64,000 nucleotides of DNA from an uncultured Nitrososphaerales archaeon (GCA_963713605.1 CAVQMO010000010.1:96001-160000), one strand, 5' to 3'. Positions 10,853-22,190 are shown, counted from the stretch's first letter. Program-made: numbers and translations. Notes: generated by a model not told the origin, from the letters alone.

Positions 10853-11535
10853 CTATATGTTCCATACATGAGTTTTTGGAATAGGAATCTCTCTTAAATC
10901 AGATTTGTCTTCAAAAAATATCTAATTCCAGAACGTCAACGACATCCTAAGTGCAGCCCCCTCTTCCCTCTTCCGATGCTATAGTGTTTTTTGACTAGTC
11001 TCCTCATTACTATTTCAATCGATTTGAAACGATGTAGGAATCCAAACCACAAGGAACATGTAGCAAACTTCATCAAGAAATATCCTTCGACAAAAGGAAG
11101 AGTTCCTCAGACTATCATCTTAGTCGACCCAAATGATTGATCTGTTGCATTAGAGAATCCTGATTTGAATACAACGGAATGTTGCTAGGTTTGCGAGCAT
11201 CGCCGAGGACATAACACGGGCTGAAAGCGGCATAGGAATTACGGGTCTAGGACAAGTATGCTTCTGTCAATGGAAGAAAAGGCTTTAGTTAGTGGTAGCG
11301 TCAAAATCAATCAAAAATCTTCTGTATTCATCTTTCATACTATACTAATCTCAAGCCGGAGTAAACACACGTCAGTCTGAGGATTGAAGAGTCTATCGTC
11401 ATAACTTGGGGTTTAGAGCTTTTATCAAGGCTAGAAAATTCGCACATAACACAATGATACGTTGTGTATTCATTTTATGGTCATTCCAACTAAAAGTCTT
11501 TTTGGTAATTTTATAAGATTTACGAAATGAAAAGA

Positions 11536-11883
11536 GGTAGTGCGGCCGAGAATTTGTCCAATTGAAAGGAAAGGACTGGCCAGCCGCTACCCAAGCCATG
11601 CTGATTTACGATATGCTCACATTTCATATTATATTATTATATAATAGACATTATGGAACTTGGTTACTTGTTCTTCCAAATTTGGAAAATCTGATAGGGA
11701 AGTAGACGACTAATAAACGACATGTCGGACGCATTGGTCGCCTACCTCAACTTGAGAGACAGTGAGATTCTTTGAGTGACTTAACGGCCCCAACTGCCGG
11801 CAACTGATACAACATACTATAAAAGCAGATAGAGAAGGACAGCCTACATACAAACATAGGAAGAGGTGTAGCCGTCCTTCTCT
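11536..11883. repeat. Non-coding hairpin-array element, copy A (three hairpin units)
   Basis: About 11536-11800 aligns closely with about 40089-40340; inverted repeats at 11536-11591, 11702-11745 and 11831-11883; 11807-11838 is identical (32/32) to the reverse complement of 50503-50534. Confidence 0.85.
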
Positions 11884-11998
11884 TCACTTATTTGATCAAC
11901 ATCATTAATCAAATTATGCAAAAAGAGTATGGTTATTATAGTATTATATAAAGAAAGAAAATTATAGTTTAGTAGTTGGTATTATTGTTATTTCTCTT

Positions 11999-12133
11999 CT
12001 ATCGTATCAAGTCGTAACTGTATTGGTATCTTTCTTTCGTTGCATAGCGTCTGCGATTACAGTAGGTTGCAATAGTATCTTTCACACTCTGCCAGATCTC
12101 ATGATCCGTTGGTGGTTTACCCTCACTAGTCAA
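11999..12133 (-). CDS. Small hypothetical protein (44 aa)
   Basis: TTG start directly after the upstream stop; MTSEGKPPTDHEIWQSVKDTIATYCNRRRYATKERYQYSYDLIR. Confidence 0.4.
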   Translation of the reverse strand: MTSEGKPPTDHEIWQSVKDTIATYCNRRRYATKERYQYSYDLIR

Positions 12134-12911
12134 CTAGCCATTATTTAGTTGGATTTGTCTATCCAATAGTTCCTTCTTGACTGCTTTTGTAATCCTTTCA
12201 TAGTTGAGTATATGCTTTGCAGATAGTTTTTCGAGTCTGCCCTCAGACCTTAGAGATGCAATTATATCATCTACTGTGTTCTTGTTACCACAATAGATCC
12301 CAACTTGACTCTCGTATTTCCAGTAGGCCTCCATTAGATACATATCTCTTTTATGTTGTTCTTCAGTCATTTCTGCAAGCATACGCATTCGTTTCTGTTT
12401 TCGTTCAAGTCCTTTAATAGCGGCTACTGCATGTTTATGCCAGAATGCATTTACCTCTTCCAGGAGTTTACTATCAGAGCCATCTGACTCTCTTGCCTTT
12501 ATGTTGACCCATCGATACTGCTTTATCTTTCCTTGCTCATTCTTACATGGAACACACGATAACCATCTGAAATCGTCGTCTGTCTTTCGTATGTGTTTTA
12601 TTAGGCTTCTTAGGGTACTCGACATGTATCGGTCGAATGTCATCGAATGACTTGAATGCAGAGAGATCAAGTCCACATTCTTTGGCATATTCATCGATTA
12701 CATCCGAATAGACGCGAGAAAATATTTCCCAGAGTGTAAGGCCTTGCTCTACCGTTGTCCTATCTCTCATCAAGTCTTTGAATGGCTGTGCCCTCTTCCG
12801 TTTGCTCTTTCTTAGTAAAGCATCTAATCTTTCATCCTCACGTTCGATATATTCTAAGTCTTCTTTAGATGGACGATACACTGGAAGTCCATCAGATGAA
12901 TTCTCAGTCAT
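12134..12911 (-). CDS. Hypothetical charged protein of about 260 aa, probably one gene split by a frameshift
   Basis: ORFs 12543..12911 and 12134..12694 overlap; ATG overlaps the stop of the RHH gene (ATGA). Confidence 0.55.
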
Positions 12912-13069
12912 TTCTTACTGGACCTCTTCAAGAAGTCAGATAATGCCTTAACTACCAAGTCCGTAACTGGAACATTATCATCGATTGCCTTATGCTTCAG
13001 TTCCTTAAACAGTTCTGAAGGTATTCGCCAGGTTACTTTTACTTGGTTATTCCATTCCTTAACCAACAT
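12908..13069 (-). CDS. Ribbon-helix-helix (CopG/Arc/MetJ-like) DNA-binding protein, 53 aa
   Basis: Manual translation MLVKEWNNQVKVTWRIPSELFKELKHKAIDDNVPVTDLVVKALSDFLKRSSKK shows a beta-strand (VKVTWRIP) followed by two amphipathic helices; missed by the ORF track. Confidence 0.75.
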   Translation of the reverse strand: MLVKEWNNQVKVTWRIPSELFKELKHKAIDDNVPVTDLVVKALSDFLKRSSKK

Positions 13070-13143
13070 AGTGTCTTTTGATACATGCCATATAAGTCCA
13101 TTGCCTGCTCATATAGTTTGCCCATTTGCCATATACTTATATG

Positions 13144-13167
13144 TACCAGTAACCCAGTATACTGGTA
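13144..13167. promoter_or_regulatory. Candidate operator upstream of the RHH operon
   Basis: TACCAGTA...TACTGGTA inverted pair overlapping the perfect palindrome CCAGTATACTGG (13154-13165). Confidence 0.35.
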
Positions 13168-14356
13168 TGAATCAAGAATTTGAGATTCCAGTAGGCCAGG
13201 ATAATGATCTAAGCACTAGCCAGAGCCAGAGCCAAAACAACAATCAAAATCCATTGTTTACATATGTATACGATATCCAATGATTAAAATCGAGTGTATT
13301 GTAGATTAGTTACTTATAGTATTGCGTTATAATTTACGGACTATATGTTGTAATTATTTAGGTGTCAGGAGCATTATCATACCTTTTCTAGTCCTGCATA
13401 CAAGTTCCAAGAATTTACTTCCTTTAGGAGTTATATTGTAAGTTTATACGTATTGAAACACGTACGAAGGGGGGAGGAGAGCCGGATGCAATCGAGAAAC
13501 CACAACCAGAGGAAGAATAATCATCATTACGATAACTGAGAAGGGCTAAGACCTGTAGACCAGCATCACGCCGTCAGCTCGCTACGAGTCACGACGACTT
13601 GTTCGATAGTTTTAGATAATCTTTACAGTTCTGGTATTGTCACGAATACTTTAAATGGGTAAGTTGTCAGCTAGTCAAACTTGACTTGATTTGAGTGTGG
13701 AAGTTTTAGCAAGGAACAATTGTCCAGAAGGATTTGATATCATGAATAGTGCTAACTTTACAACGGGAGTATGCGTACCACTTTCATCTGAATATGCGAA
13801 ACAAGTGACAAGAGAAAGATGGGGATTAGAGCAGTTATTCTAATAAAGAAAGGATTCGATTGGTGTGACTTATGTCAAATGTCCAAAGATCATAAAAATA
13901 CTGACTACCAATAAGATAGTATTTGTCCGCAACTTAGTCAAGAATAAGTTATGAGTCATTGCATTGATTATCAAAATAGTAATAACATGGAAATGTTTGA
14001 ATGTAAGTACTCGTGATTAACACGTATTATCAGTTAATCTAGCGAATTAAATGAGAACGAAAAGTAGTATAATAATATCCTAAAGGAAATAATGGTCATT
14101 ATTGTGGTATCTGAGCCCGTTTGAGCTTGTACCTGATAGAAAGACTAAGACTATCGCAAATAACGAAACGTATTTGACCTTCATATTGATTTGATATGAT
14201 AATGTGATTATGTAGAGTTAGTGACCTTTCAATCCTAAATATGTCACATTTTTCTTAGAAGAGATTTTAGTGCAGTTTGGGTGCTAGCTTCTCTAATACG
14301 TGAGTTAGGTAATTGGGTAAAGAATACCGAATTGAGTATCATGACATCTCCATGTT

Positions 14357-14760
14357 ATGTTACTCGCTCTGGATTTATTAGAAGTATTCGCGACCACAGA
14401 AGAACCGTTAATTCTGCAACCAGCACAACAAGCAAACCAATCTCAACCACAATGGATTTGGCACATAGGTGGAGGAAATTCATACACCGTGGCATATCCC
14501 TCTAATTGGAAGGTAGAAGAAACGCCGCGTGTGACACCTTTTGATGGCGTCGAGTCTTTGTTTACTACAGAATATGGTAATACGATAAGCATAAGATTAT
14601 CACCTCTAAGGCTAATAGTTATGAACAATTCATCATAAGTGCCGAAGACTATCCAGACTACGTATCAAAGCGCATTCCGAGCGCTACAATTGAAGGATCG
14701 GGCTTTGGCTATTATAGTCTAGGCGATCTCCAAACATATGCATTATTATTATTATCTAAT
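14357..14760 (+). pseudogene. Degraded PsbP-like secreted protein
   Basis: YTVAYPSNWKVEE motif resembles PsbP-related proteins; frame breaks downstream. Confidence 0.4.
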
Positions 14761-15326
14761 CCCGATATTCTCACTATAGATGACAAGATGTTACTAAAAC
14801 GTATTAATGAATCTAACATACGCAATACGACTTATGGGTAGTTCGATGAATCCCATTAGACTAGAATAACCACTACCTGTAGTAGAGAATAAGAGGTATT
14901 TGCTAACTCAAAAAAATTATGGGATACATGATACATTTTCTAAGAAATTTATGCCATTTCTGATTGACTGTACAATATCCTTTGGCGTAAAAATATAAAT
15001 AGTTACTAATTTGGGATATATAATGTCAAAAATAGATGCTTATTAACCTTTCATTGAATAATGCTCTACTAACTATTTCATCAGGCCGCCAGCATCAGTC
15101 ATATTCTCCCTAGTGACTGAACTTAATATTTGAAGTGCTTAGTTACTGACCCACTAAAGGAGCAAAGAAAATAAGGGCGGTTTGACCGGGGTGGACTAGG
15201 GATATTCTAAGTAGACAAACCGGTTTCAATTCGTTCTGTTATGATATCTATCGATCTAAATTTGGATTTGGCCAATATAAGAGCTGGAATAGAAAGGTTC
15301 AAAATGAATGCTAACTAAGAATCGTT

Positions 15327-16136
15327 ATGCCAACCAAGTTCCCATTTATTGCAAACGAGTTTAGTGGAAGGCGCGCTCTTGTCACTGGAGGAACTGCAGG
15401 GATAGGCAAAGCTATAGTAGACCGATTTCTCGACGGAGGAGCCAACGTCATTACGACGGCACGCAAGATGACGCATGATAATGATGATGATAAAAAACGA
15501 GATCTTGTATTTATTCAAGCAGACCTCAGCACATCCGAAGGATGCACAAAAGTGATCAATGATGTCATTTCTCAGTTTGGTAGAGTGGATATTCTTGTGA
15601 ATGTTCTCGGAGCATCGTCTGCCCCAAGCGGAGGCTTTAGCGTCTTAACCGATGAGGAGTGGCAAAAAGAGCTGAACATAAACCTTCTGGCAGCTGTTCG
15701 ATTGGATAAAGGGTTACTACCAGCGATGATCAAGCAAGGGTCAGGTGCGATTATTCATATATCATCGATTCAACGAAGGCTTCCCTTATATGAAGCAACA
15801 TTGGCTTATGCAGCTGCAAAGGCTGCATTAACAACTTACAGCAAGGGATTATCAAACGAAGTAGCTCCTAAAGGAGTTCGTGTCAATACCGTTGCTCCTG
15901 GATTCATTGAAACATCTGCGGCTCAAGGGCTCATAGAACGTTTAGCAAAACAAGCTGGAACTGATATGGAAACCACACGCCAAGAATTAATGAAATCCCT
16001 TGGCGGTATTCCTATCGGTCGTCCTGGGCGTCCTGAAGAGGTAGCCGAACTTGTCGCGTTTCTAGTATCGGATAGAGCTTTGTCAATCAATGGAAGCGAG
16101 TATGTAATCGATGGAGGTACGATTCCAACAGTTTAA
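15327..16136 (+). CDS. Short-chain dehydrogenase/reductase (SDR)
   Basis: TGGTAGIG, YAAAK, IDGG. Confidence 0.93.
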   Translation: MPTKFPFIANEFSGRRALVTGGTAGIGKAIVDRFLDGGANVITTARKMTHDNDDDKKRDLVFIQADLSTSEGCTKVINDVISQFGRVDILVNVLGASSAPSGGFSVLTDEEWQKELNINLLAAVRLDKGLLPAMIKQGSGAIIHISSIQRRLPLYEATLAYAAAKAALTTYSKGLSNEVAPKGVRVNTVAPGFIETSAAQGLIERLAKQAGTDMETTRQELMKSLGGIPIGRPGRPEEVAELVAFLVSDRALSINGSEYVIDGGTIPTV

Positions 16137-16424
16137 TCCTTTGCCAGATTGGAAAATATGATGATGGTCAGCTCATCTAGCATAGCGGTCTTCAAAAATG
16201 GTATCTATAGCGATGTTAGATCGAGAACAGTTGTCACTCATTCCATATTCCATTCTTGTAATTAATGGTATGAGAAGTAACTTTATCTTGCTCATGAATA
16301 GTAAACTATGCCGATGGATGGACAGATTGATCATCATAACCAGTAACACTCGCAAACTAAAGCTATTGATACTTCCGATTCTAGTAAAAAAAACAAAAGG
16401 GGAGAAGTAAACCATCGTAGTGTG

Positions 16425-17530
16425 TTACTGTGATTTGAGAGAAGCCATATCAATTGAGAATCGATACTTCACATCTGCACGGGACAGTCTGTCGTAGGCC
16501 TCATTGACCTTCTGGATTGGAACGATTTCTACATCTGCAGTGATGTTATTCTTGCCGTAAAAGTCAAGCATCTCTTGCGTTTCGGCAATACCCCCGATGA
16601 GAGTGCCAGAGAGGCTGCGACGCTTTAACAGAAGGCTTATGGCCGAGACGGCATAAGGTTTGTTCGGTGAGCCTATGATAGTGATGTTGCCGTCGCGGGC
16701 TAGTAATTGTATGTATGCGTTAATGTCGTGCTCTGCAGAGACTGCGTCGAGGATGAAGTCGAAACTACCTACATGCTTGCTCATCTGATCGGTGTTTCGC
16801 GAAATGGCTACATCGTCGGCGCCGAGCCTAAGCGCGTCTTCTTTCTTGTTAGCAGAAGTAGTAAAGACTACGACATGGGCTCCAAGCCCATGTGCAATCT
16901 TTACCGCCATATGACCCAGCCCACCTAGACCTACTACACCGACCTTCTTATCTTTGGTGACACCCCAATGTCGCATGGGCGAGTAAGTTGTAATTCCGGC
17001 GCATAGGAGAGGTGCGGCTCCTGCTAGATTCAGGTTGGAAGGAACGCGTAGGACAAAATCGTCTTTAACCACAATACTGTCTGAATAGCCACCATAGGTG
17101 ACGCCTCCAAGGTGCAAGTCTGGAGAGTTGTAGGTGAGAGTCATGTGTGGGCAGAACTGCTCGAGACCGGCTCGGCACTCGGTGCAGTTGCCGTCGGAGT
17201 CAACCAAGCGAGCCGACTGCGAGCATGGTCGCCCGGCTTGAACTTGGTGACTGCGGAGCCAACCTTGGTGACACGGCCAACGATCTCATGTCCGGGAACG
17301 CATGGATAGACAGTGGGCGCCGTGCTCCATTCGTTACGGACTTGGTGGAGATCAGAGTGGCATATGCCACAGAAAAGGATTTCAATCTGAACATCGTGCT
17401 CGCCCGGATTGCGTCGCGGGATCGTGAAAGGAACAAGAGGCGATTTAGCATTCGGCAGCAGCGTAAGCCTTTGCTTTATACTGACCACGTAATTCTGGGC
17501 TAAATTCGTGTTGTCATGATAATCTCGCAT
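16425..17530 (-). CDS. NAD(P)-dependent Zn alcohol dehydrogenase (cinnamyl-ADH/YahK-like), frameshifted
   Basis: CGICHSD and GHEIVG in ORF 17141..17530; [16 protein letters not shown] and KYRF in ORF 16425..17207. Confidence 0.88.
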
Positions 17531-17608
17531 ACTTTATTCTCTGAAAATTGATATGCTTCAGTCCCTCGTAAATATCAATTACAACCTTAGACAAGATACA
17601 GTTCCTCT

Positions 17609-18193
17609 CTACTTGATCTGCTCCGTGGCGGCCATCCAATTCTCCACGTGATAGGCCGTCGCTAGCTTGCCGTCCCTGACGGTGAACATGTCAATCGAGA
17701 TCGTCTTGAAGCTCTTCCCGGTGGGCTTAGCGCCGTACAGCTCGCCCGTCGGGGTGCCGGTGGCTTCACCCCGGACCACTATCCGGTTGCCCGACGTCCA
17801 GATATCCTTGATGGTCCAGTGCAGATCTGGGATTATCTTCCCCAAGCCCGTGAATACCCCCGCTAGTTGATCACGTGACAGACAATCCGAGTTGGTCGAA
17901 CAGGATTGGTAGTCCGGGTTGGTTGCATTCGCCAGCAAGGCCGGGACGTCCTTTTTGGTCGGCTCATTGAGCGCCTCATAGAGCGGCGCGACTATCGCAC
18001 GGGCCTGTTCCACGGTCAGCGACGTGGCAATCTCACCCTGCGGTGTCTGAGCGTTCGCGCTCACAAGCGCCATGCCTAACGCCAACGAGGCGAACAATGT
18101 CAGCGACCCGGCGACATACAATGCATTCCGGCTTTTTAGCACGTCGATGAATTGGCTTCCATACGCAGGTTCTTCAGTTGTCTTGGATTTCAT
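17609..18193 (-). CDS. SnoaL-like ester cyclase family protein with N-terminal membrane/leader segment
   Basis: IPDLHWTI, VVRGEATGTPTG, YHVENW; ATG at 18193 preceded by AAGGAG. Confidence 0.82.
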   Translation of the reverse strand: MKSKTTEEPAYGSQFIDVLKSRNALYVAGSLTLFASLALGMALVSANAQTPQGEIATSLTVEQARAIVAPLYEALNEPTKKDVPALLANATNPDYQSCSTNSDCLSRDQLAGVFTGLGKIIPDLHWTIKDIWTSGNRIVVRGEATGTPTGELYGAKPTGKSFKTISIDMFTVRDGKLATAYHVENWMAATEQIK

Positions 18194-18206
18194 AACTAAT
18201 TGCTCC

Positions 18207-18809
18207 TTATTCATTCTCCGAAGGATTCGGAAACTTGTCTCCGAACATTGGAAATCCACCCTTTGACTGTTCTTGGATTGCTTCGTCTTGAATTACATCC
18301 CAGTGTTCAACCAGAAGTCCCGTCCTCGATGCGAACGATGTCGGCTGCAATCCAATTCATAGGCTGGCCCATGCCCGAAAATCGTCCTTGGACGATTACA
18401 AAATCTCCATCAGCCACAATTATACCCGGTTCATACTTTAGTGTTGGTGGACTGTTCTTGACGAGGTTGAACAGGCCGTCGCGACCAGGAGGGACGACAG
18501 CACTATGCTGGATGTATTTGGGTGACCAATAGCGCTCAGCCGTTAAGTAGTCTCGCTGATTGAACAGCGTGTCGAAAGCTTTGAGGACAAGTGCTTTGTT
18601 CTTCTCTTCTAACCCAGTGTAATTATTTGCTGTTGTATTCTGTACTCCCTGTGTGCCTGTACTCCTGGGGGTAGTATTGATGTCTTATTATTCGACTGTG
18701 CGTTAGCAAAATCAGGATGTGCATACAAAGCAAAACTTGCGATAAACATTGCACCTACACCTATACTTAATACAGTTAGGCGTATGGCCTTTTCTTTATA
18801 TGTAGCCAT
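18207..18809 (-). CDS. SnoaL/NTF2-like protein with signal peptide, frameshifted
   Basis: Manual translation EKNKALVLKAFDTLFNQRDY...YIQHSA..PPGRDGL...AADIVRIEDG/LVEHWDVIQDEA...PMFGDKFP; leader in ORF 18609..18809. Confidence 0.75.
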
Positions 18810-18843
18810 ACTACGGGTATGTAATGCGACTATATAACCCAGG

Positions 18844-18878
18844 AAGTTACAATCTGGTAACTTACCTACTGGTAACTT
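18844..18878. promoter_or_regulatory. Tandem palindromic operator in divergent promoter
   Basis: AAGTTAC-N6-GTAACTT (18844-18863) overlapping AACTTAC-N6-GTAACTT (18859-18878). Confidence 0.55.
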
Positions 18879-18914
18879 TCAGATTTAATAACGTGCCTAG
18901 ATTCTATTATACAT

Positions 18915-19778
18915 ATGAGTTCAGTTCAAGCGCCCGCTCATTTGAAGTGGGACGTGTTCATGACGCCTGGCATACCCATAGTCACCAATGATATTCCTCC
19001 GGGCGTGAAAGAGGTGTATTTTCAGGCGATGGCGTCAACCCTAATTCATGGTGTGCGAGATGCCGTCCTGGTGGACGCCTTTATGACCGTCAAGCAGGCA
19101 AATGACCTGGCAGATTGGGTTGCAGCAAGGGCAAGAACCTGACAACCATCTATATTACACATGGTCATGGAGATCATTGGTTTGGAATCGGAACTCTTCT
19201 TGAACGCTTCCCAAATGCTAGAGCAGTAGCGACGCCTGATGTCGTGAAAGTCATGCGCCAGCATGCCTCCCCAGAGGTCCTTGAGAAGGCTTGGAAGGCG
19301 GCGTTTCCTGGTCAGATCCCGGAGCGCCTTGTGATCGCCGAGGAGCTCAAAGGAAACGTAATTGAACTTGAGGGGCATGAATTGGTCGCAGTGGAACTCG
19401 GCCATACCGACACCGATTACACGACCTGTTTAAATGTCCCCTCCGACGGACTAGTGGTCGCCGGTGATGCTGCCTTATAACGACGTTCACCTCTACCTAG
19501 TAGAATCAAATGCTAAGAGTCGCCGGGAATGGATCTCTGCACTCGACAAAATCGAGTCGCTTAATCCACGCGCAGTTATCGCCTCACACAAGCGGCCAGG
19601 TAGCGAAGACAATCCAACGATTATCGAACAGACACGGCAATACATTCGCGAATTCGACCGATTAGTGGAAACCACGACAAACGCTCAAGAGCTCTATGAC
19701 AAGATGTTGGAGCTCTATCCAAATCGAGTCAATCCGGGGTGGGCACTCTGGAGTTCGGCGCGAGCAGTCAAACAGTAA
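18915..19778 (+). CDS. MBL-fold metallo-hydrolase, split into three ORFs by frameshifts
   Basis: AVLVDA, THGHGDHWFG, GHTD, VAGD, VIASH. Confidence 0.85.
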
Positions 19779-19989
19779 TTTGGGAGTTACTAATGTATGT
19801 CCCTCTCAACCTGAATCGATGGTCCTTGCAGATCATTCAGTGGAACAGTATCACAAATGCTGTCCACAATATCCTAACGTCGCAGCGCTTGTCCACATAA
19901 CTACCTTTGCATTTGATCGGGATTAGTCACTGTCGAGTTTCGTTTGAAAATAGCTAACGATATAAGCATATGGTTACCTTTAGATAATA

Positions 19990-20430
19990 TTGTTTAATGA
20001 AGGAATGGGCATAGCATTAACGGACCATCTGCGTAAGTGGGGAATGAAAGTTTGTCCTATCGATAGAAGTTTAAAGATAATGGGTCAACGCTATGCTCTC
20101 CACATAATGAGAAATATGATATTGCTAAAGCAAAATCGGTTTAATCAATTTCTAAATTCTGTTGAAGGCATAAACGCCAAAACTTTGACGATCAGACTAC
20201 AACAGCTTGAGGAATATGGTCTAGTTGAAAGAAAGTTGATTCCCGGCAAGCCAGCGCATACAGAATATTACCCCACCGAAAAAGGTATGGCTGTACAAAG
20301 AATCTTGGTAGAGATCGCTTCGTTCAGTGCAAAGTATGAGCCAGAGATAATTTTCGTAGATAGGAAGCCAAGAAATAATGGGAAGCCACTCTTTGGGACT
20401 AGAAATTTGTCTGAAGTTTATGATTCTTGA
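19990..20430 (+). CDS. HxlR-family winged-helix transcriptional regulator
   Basis: CPIDRSLKIMG, RFNQF, GINAKTLTIRLQQLE, EYYPTEKG. Confidence 0.88.
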   Translation: MFNEGMGIALTDHLRKWGMKVCPIDRSLKIMGQRYALHIMRNMILLKQNRFNQFLNSVEGINAKTLTIRLQQLEEYGLVERKLIPGKPAHTEYYPTEKGMAVQRILVEIASFSAKYEPEIIFVDRKPRNNGKPLFGTRNLSEVYDS

Positions 20431-20570
20431 ACAACACAGGTAATTGGCGGGACATTGGCACGACTTTACGATGTCGGTATACTTGGTGCTGTCAAGCTAT
20501 CGTCGGCTCTAGATATGGTTCCTACTCCCTCACGCTACTTTAAGGTGCTTTTCATTTTGTATTGCACAAA

Positions 20571-20978
20571 TTAGATAGACTCTCTAATGCTTACCTTTGC
20601 TCGTTCCTTAATCTGGTTCAAAATATCGTGTTTATTCGAAGAATCTAAAATCTTACCTATTATATTTACAGGAGAGTATGCCAGTATTTTCCCGTTCTTA
20701 CTAATGGGAGTTGGTCCATAAAATAAACACAATGCATTTCCTTCGGGCCAGTAGGCAACATCCAATTCATTAACTTCTGTCTTTGCATTATCTTCCTGTT
20801 CGACAGTTATTGTAGTTCGGTCAGTATAAAGCTCCTCTCCCCACTTGTTGATGCTAACTTCAATTGGCAAATTGTCAAGTATCGCTTTGAAAGTCTTTGG
20901 GGAAAGTGTATCATCTAATTCTATTCTAACATTTTTATCATCCAAATCCGGAAATACAATATCAATTATCCTTTTCAT
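20571..20978 (-). CDS. Cyclophilin-like fold protein (DUF369/TM1367-like)
   Basis: WGEELY, DVAYWPEGNALCLFYGPTP, SPVNIIG. Confidence 0.85.
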   Translation of the reverse strand: MKRIIDIVFPDLDDKNVRIELDDTLSPKTFKAILDNLPIEVSINKWGEELYTDRTTITVEQEDNAKTEVNELDVAYWPEGNALCLFYGPTPISKNGKILAYSPVNIIGKILDSSNKHDILNQIKERAKVSIRESI

Positions 20979-21081
20979 AACATCAAATTGATCAATGGTA
21001 ACTTATATACCTAAATGCATTATGAAATATATACCAAATGCATTTTGTATTATTTCGATGTTATGATAATCATCGTTATTA

Positions 21082-21542
21082 TTATTCCCATGCAGCTATA
21101 TCTTTCTCCGCTATTATTTTTGTAGGCTTAACACGTACGAGAATAACACCTTCAGTAGTATTTCTTTTCCCATACGCTTTTGCATTACTCTTACCCATAT
21201 ATCGTTCTGCTATTCTGGTATTCCACTTTAATAATTCGTTATATTTCTGAGGAACTATTTTTGCGGTACCATGAATAGTTACAAACGAAAACTGGGGTTT
21301 CTGATCATCTACACAAATGCTCACCCGATTATCGCGTTGAATATTTGTTGCCTTAAGTGAATCTTCATATGTAGTAAAAACAATATCTTCTATTTTCCTG
21401 GCTGTTCGATTTTTTTGCTCATCTAATACGAACCAAACTGGAACAACATGTGGACTTCCATCTTTATTGACTGTGGTAAGTTTTGCTGTAAAAGTACCTT
21501 GCATAAGAAATTATTTGTTCCATTTTTGGACATGTATGTCAT
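21082..21542 (-). CDS. PPOX-class F420-dependent oxidoreductase (5' frameshift)
   Basis: LTTVNKDGSPHVVPVWF, K..NIQRDNRVSICVDD; likely start at 21542 is out of frame with ORF 21082..21504. Confidence 0.85.
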
Positions 21543-21695
21543 TGTAGATACATCGTCTAACTTTCTAAAAAGGAATTACAGCGATATTTTTAGTAAACAG
21601 TGGAGATATTTTTGGCACTCTGTCAGTTCACTTAAGATAGCGGCCCTTTTGTGGTGAGTTATCTATATTAGTTGGCGATATACATCTGACATATA

Positions 21696-22190
21696 ATGAT
21701 GTTCATACATAAGGGAGACATATTTAATGGGTATCATGTTTCAATTTCGGGCCCCGAAGTTGCTGATTGTCTGGCAATACGTGAACTTGTGGATGCATAT
21801 GCACATTGTGCGGATAGACGTGACTCGAAAGGACAAATGTCACTTTTTGCTAATGACACACACTTCGTTGTATTCATGGATGCTAGATCAGAGAAACCGT
21901 CGATGGAATTCAAACGACGAGAAAATTTGGCGCCCGTATTCGACGAACTAAATAAATACGAAACTACAACCCATTTCATGGGGCAAAGCACCATTGTACT
22001 AGATGGAGATCGTGCCACTGGAGAAACATACTGCATTGCCCATCATGTGTTGGCATCGGAGGGGAAACGGACTCTTTTTATTGCCTCTCTTCGTTATTAT
22101 GATGTCTTCACAAAAGTCGAGGGAAGGTGGCTTTTTGCTGAACGCAAGCTCATGGTTGATTGGACTGACACTCGCCCCATAAATATCTGA
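21696..22190 (+). CDS. SnoaL/NTF2-like family protein
   Basis: AIRELVDAYAHCADRRD, TTHFMGQ, ATGETYC, RYYD, WLFAER. Confidence 0.85.
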   Translation: MMFIHKGDIFNGYHVSISGPEVADCLAIRELVDAYAHCADRRDSKGQMSLFANDTHFVVFMDARSEKPSMEFKRRENLAPVFDELNKYETTTHFMGQSTIVLDGDRATGETYCIAHHVLASEGKRTLFIASLRYYDVFTKVEGRWLFAERKLMVDWTDTRPINI

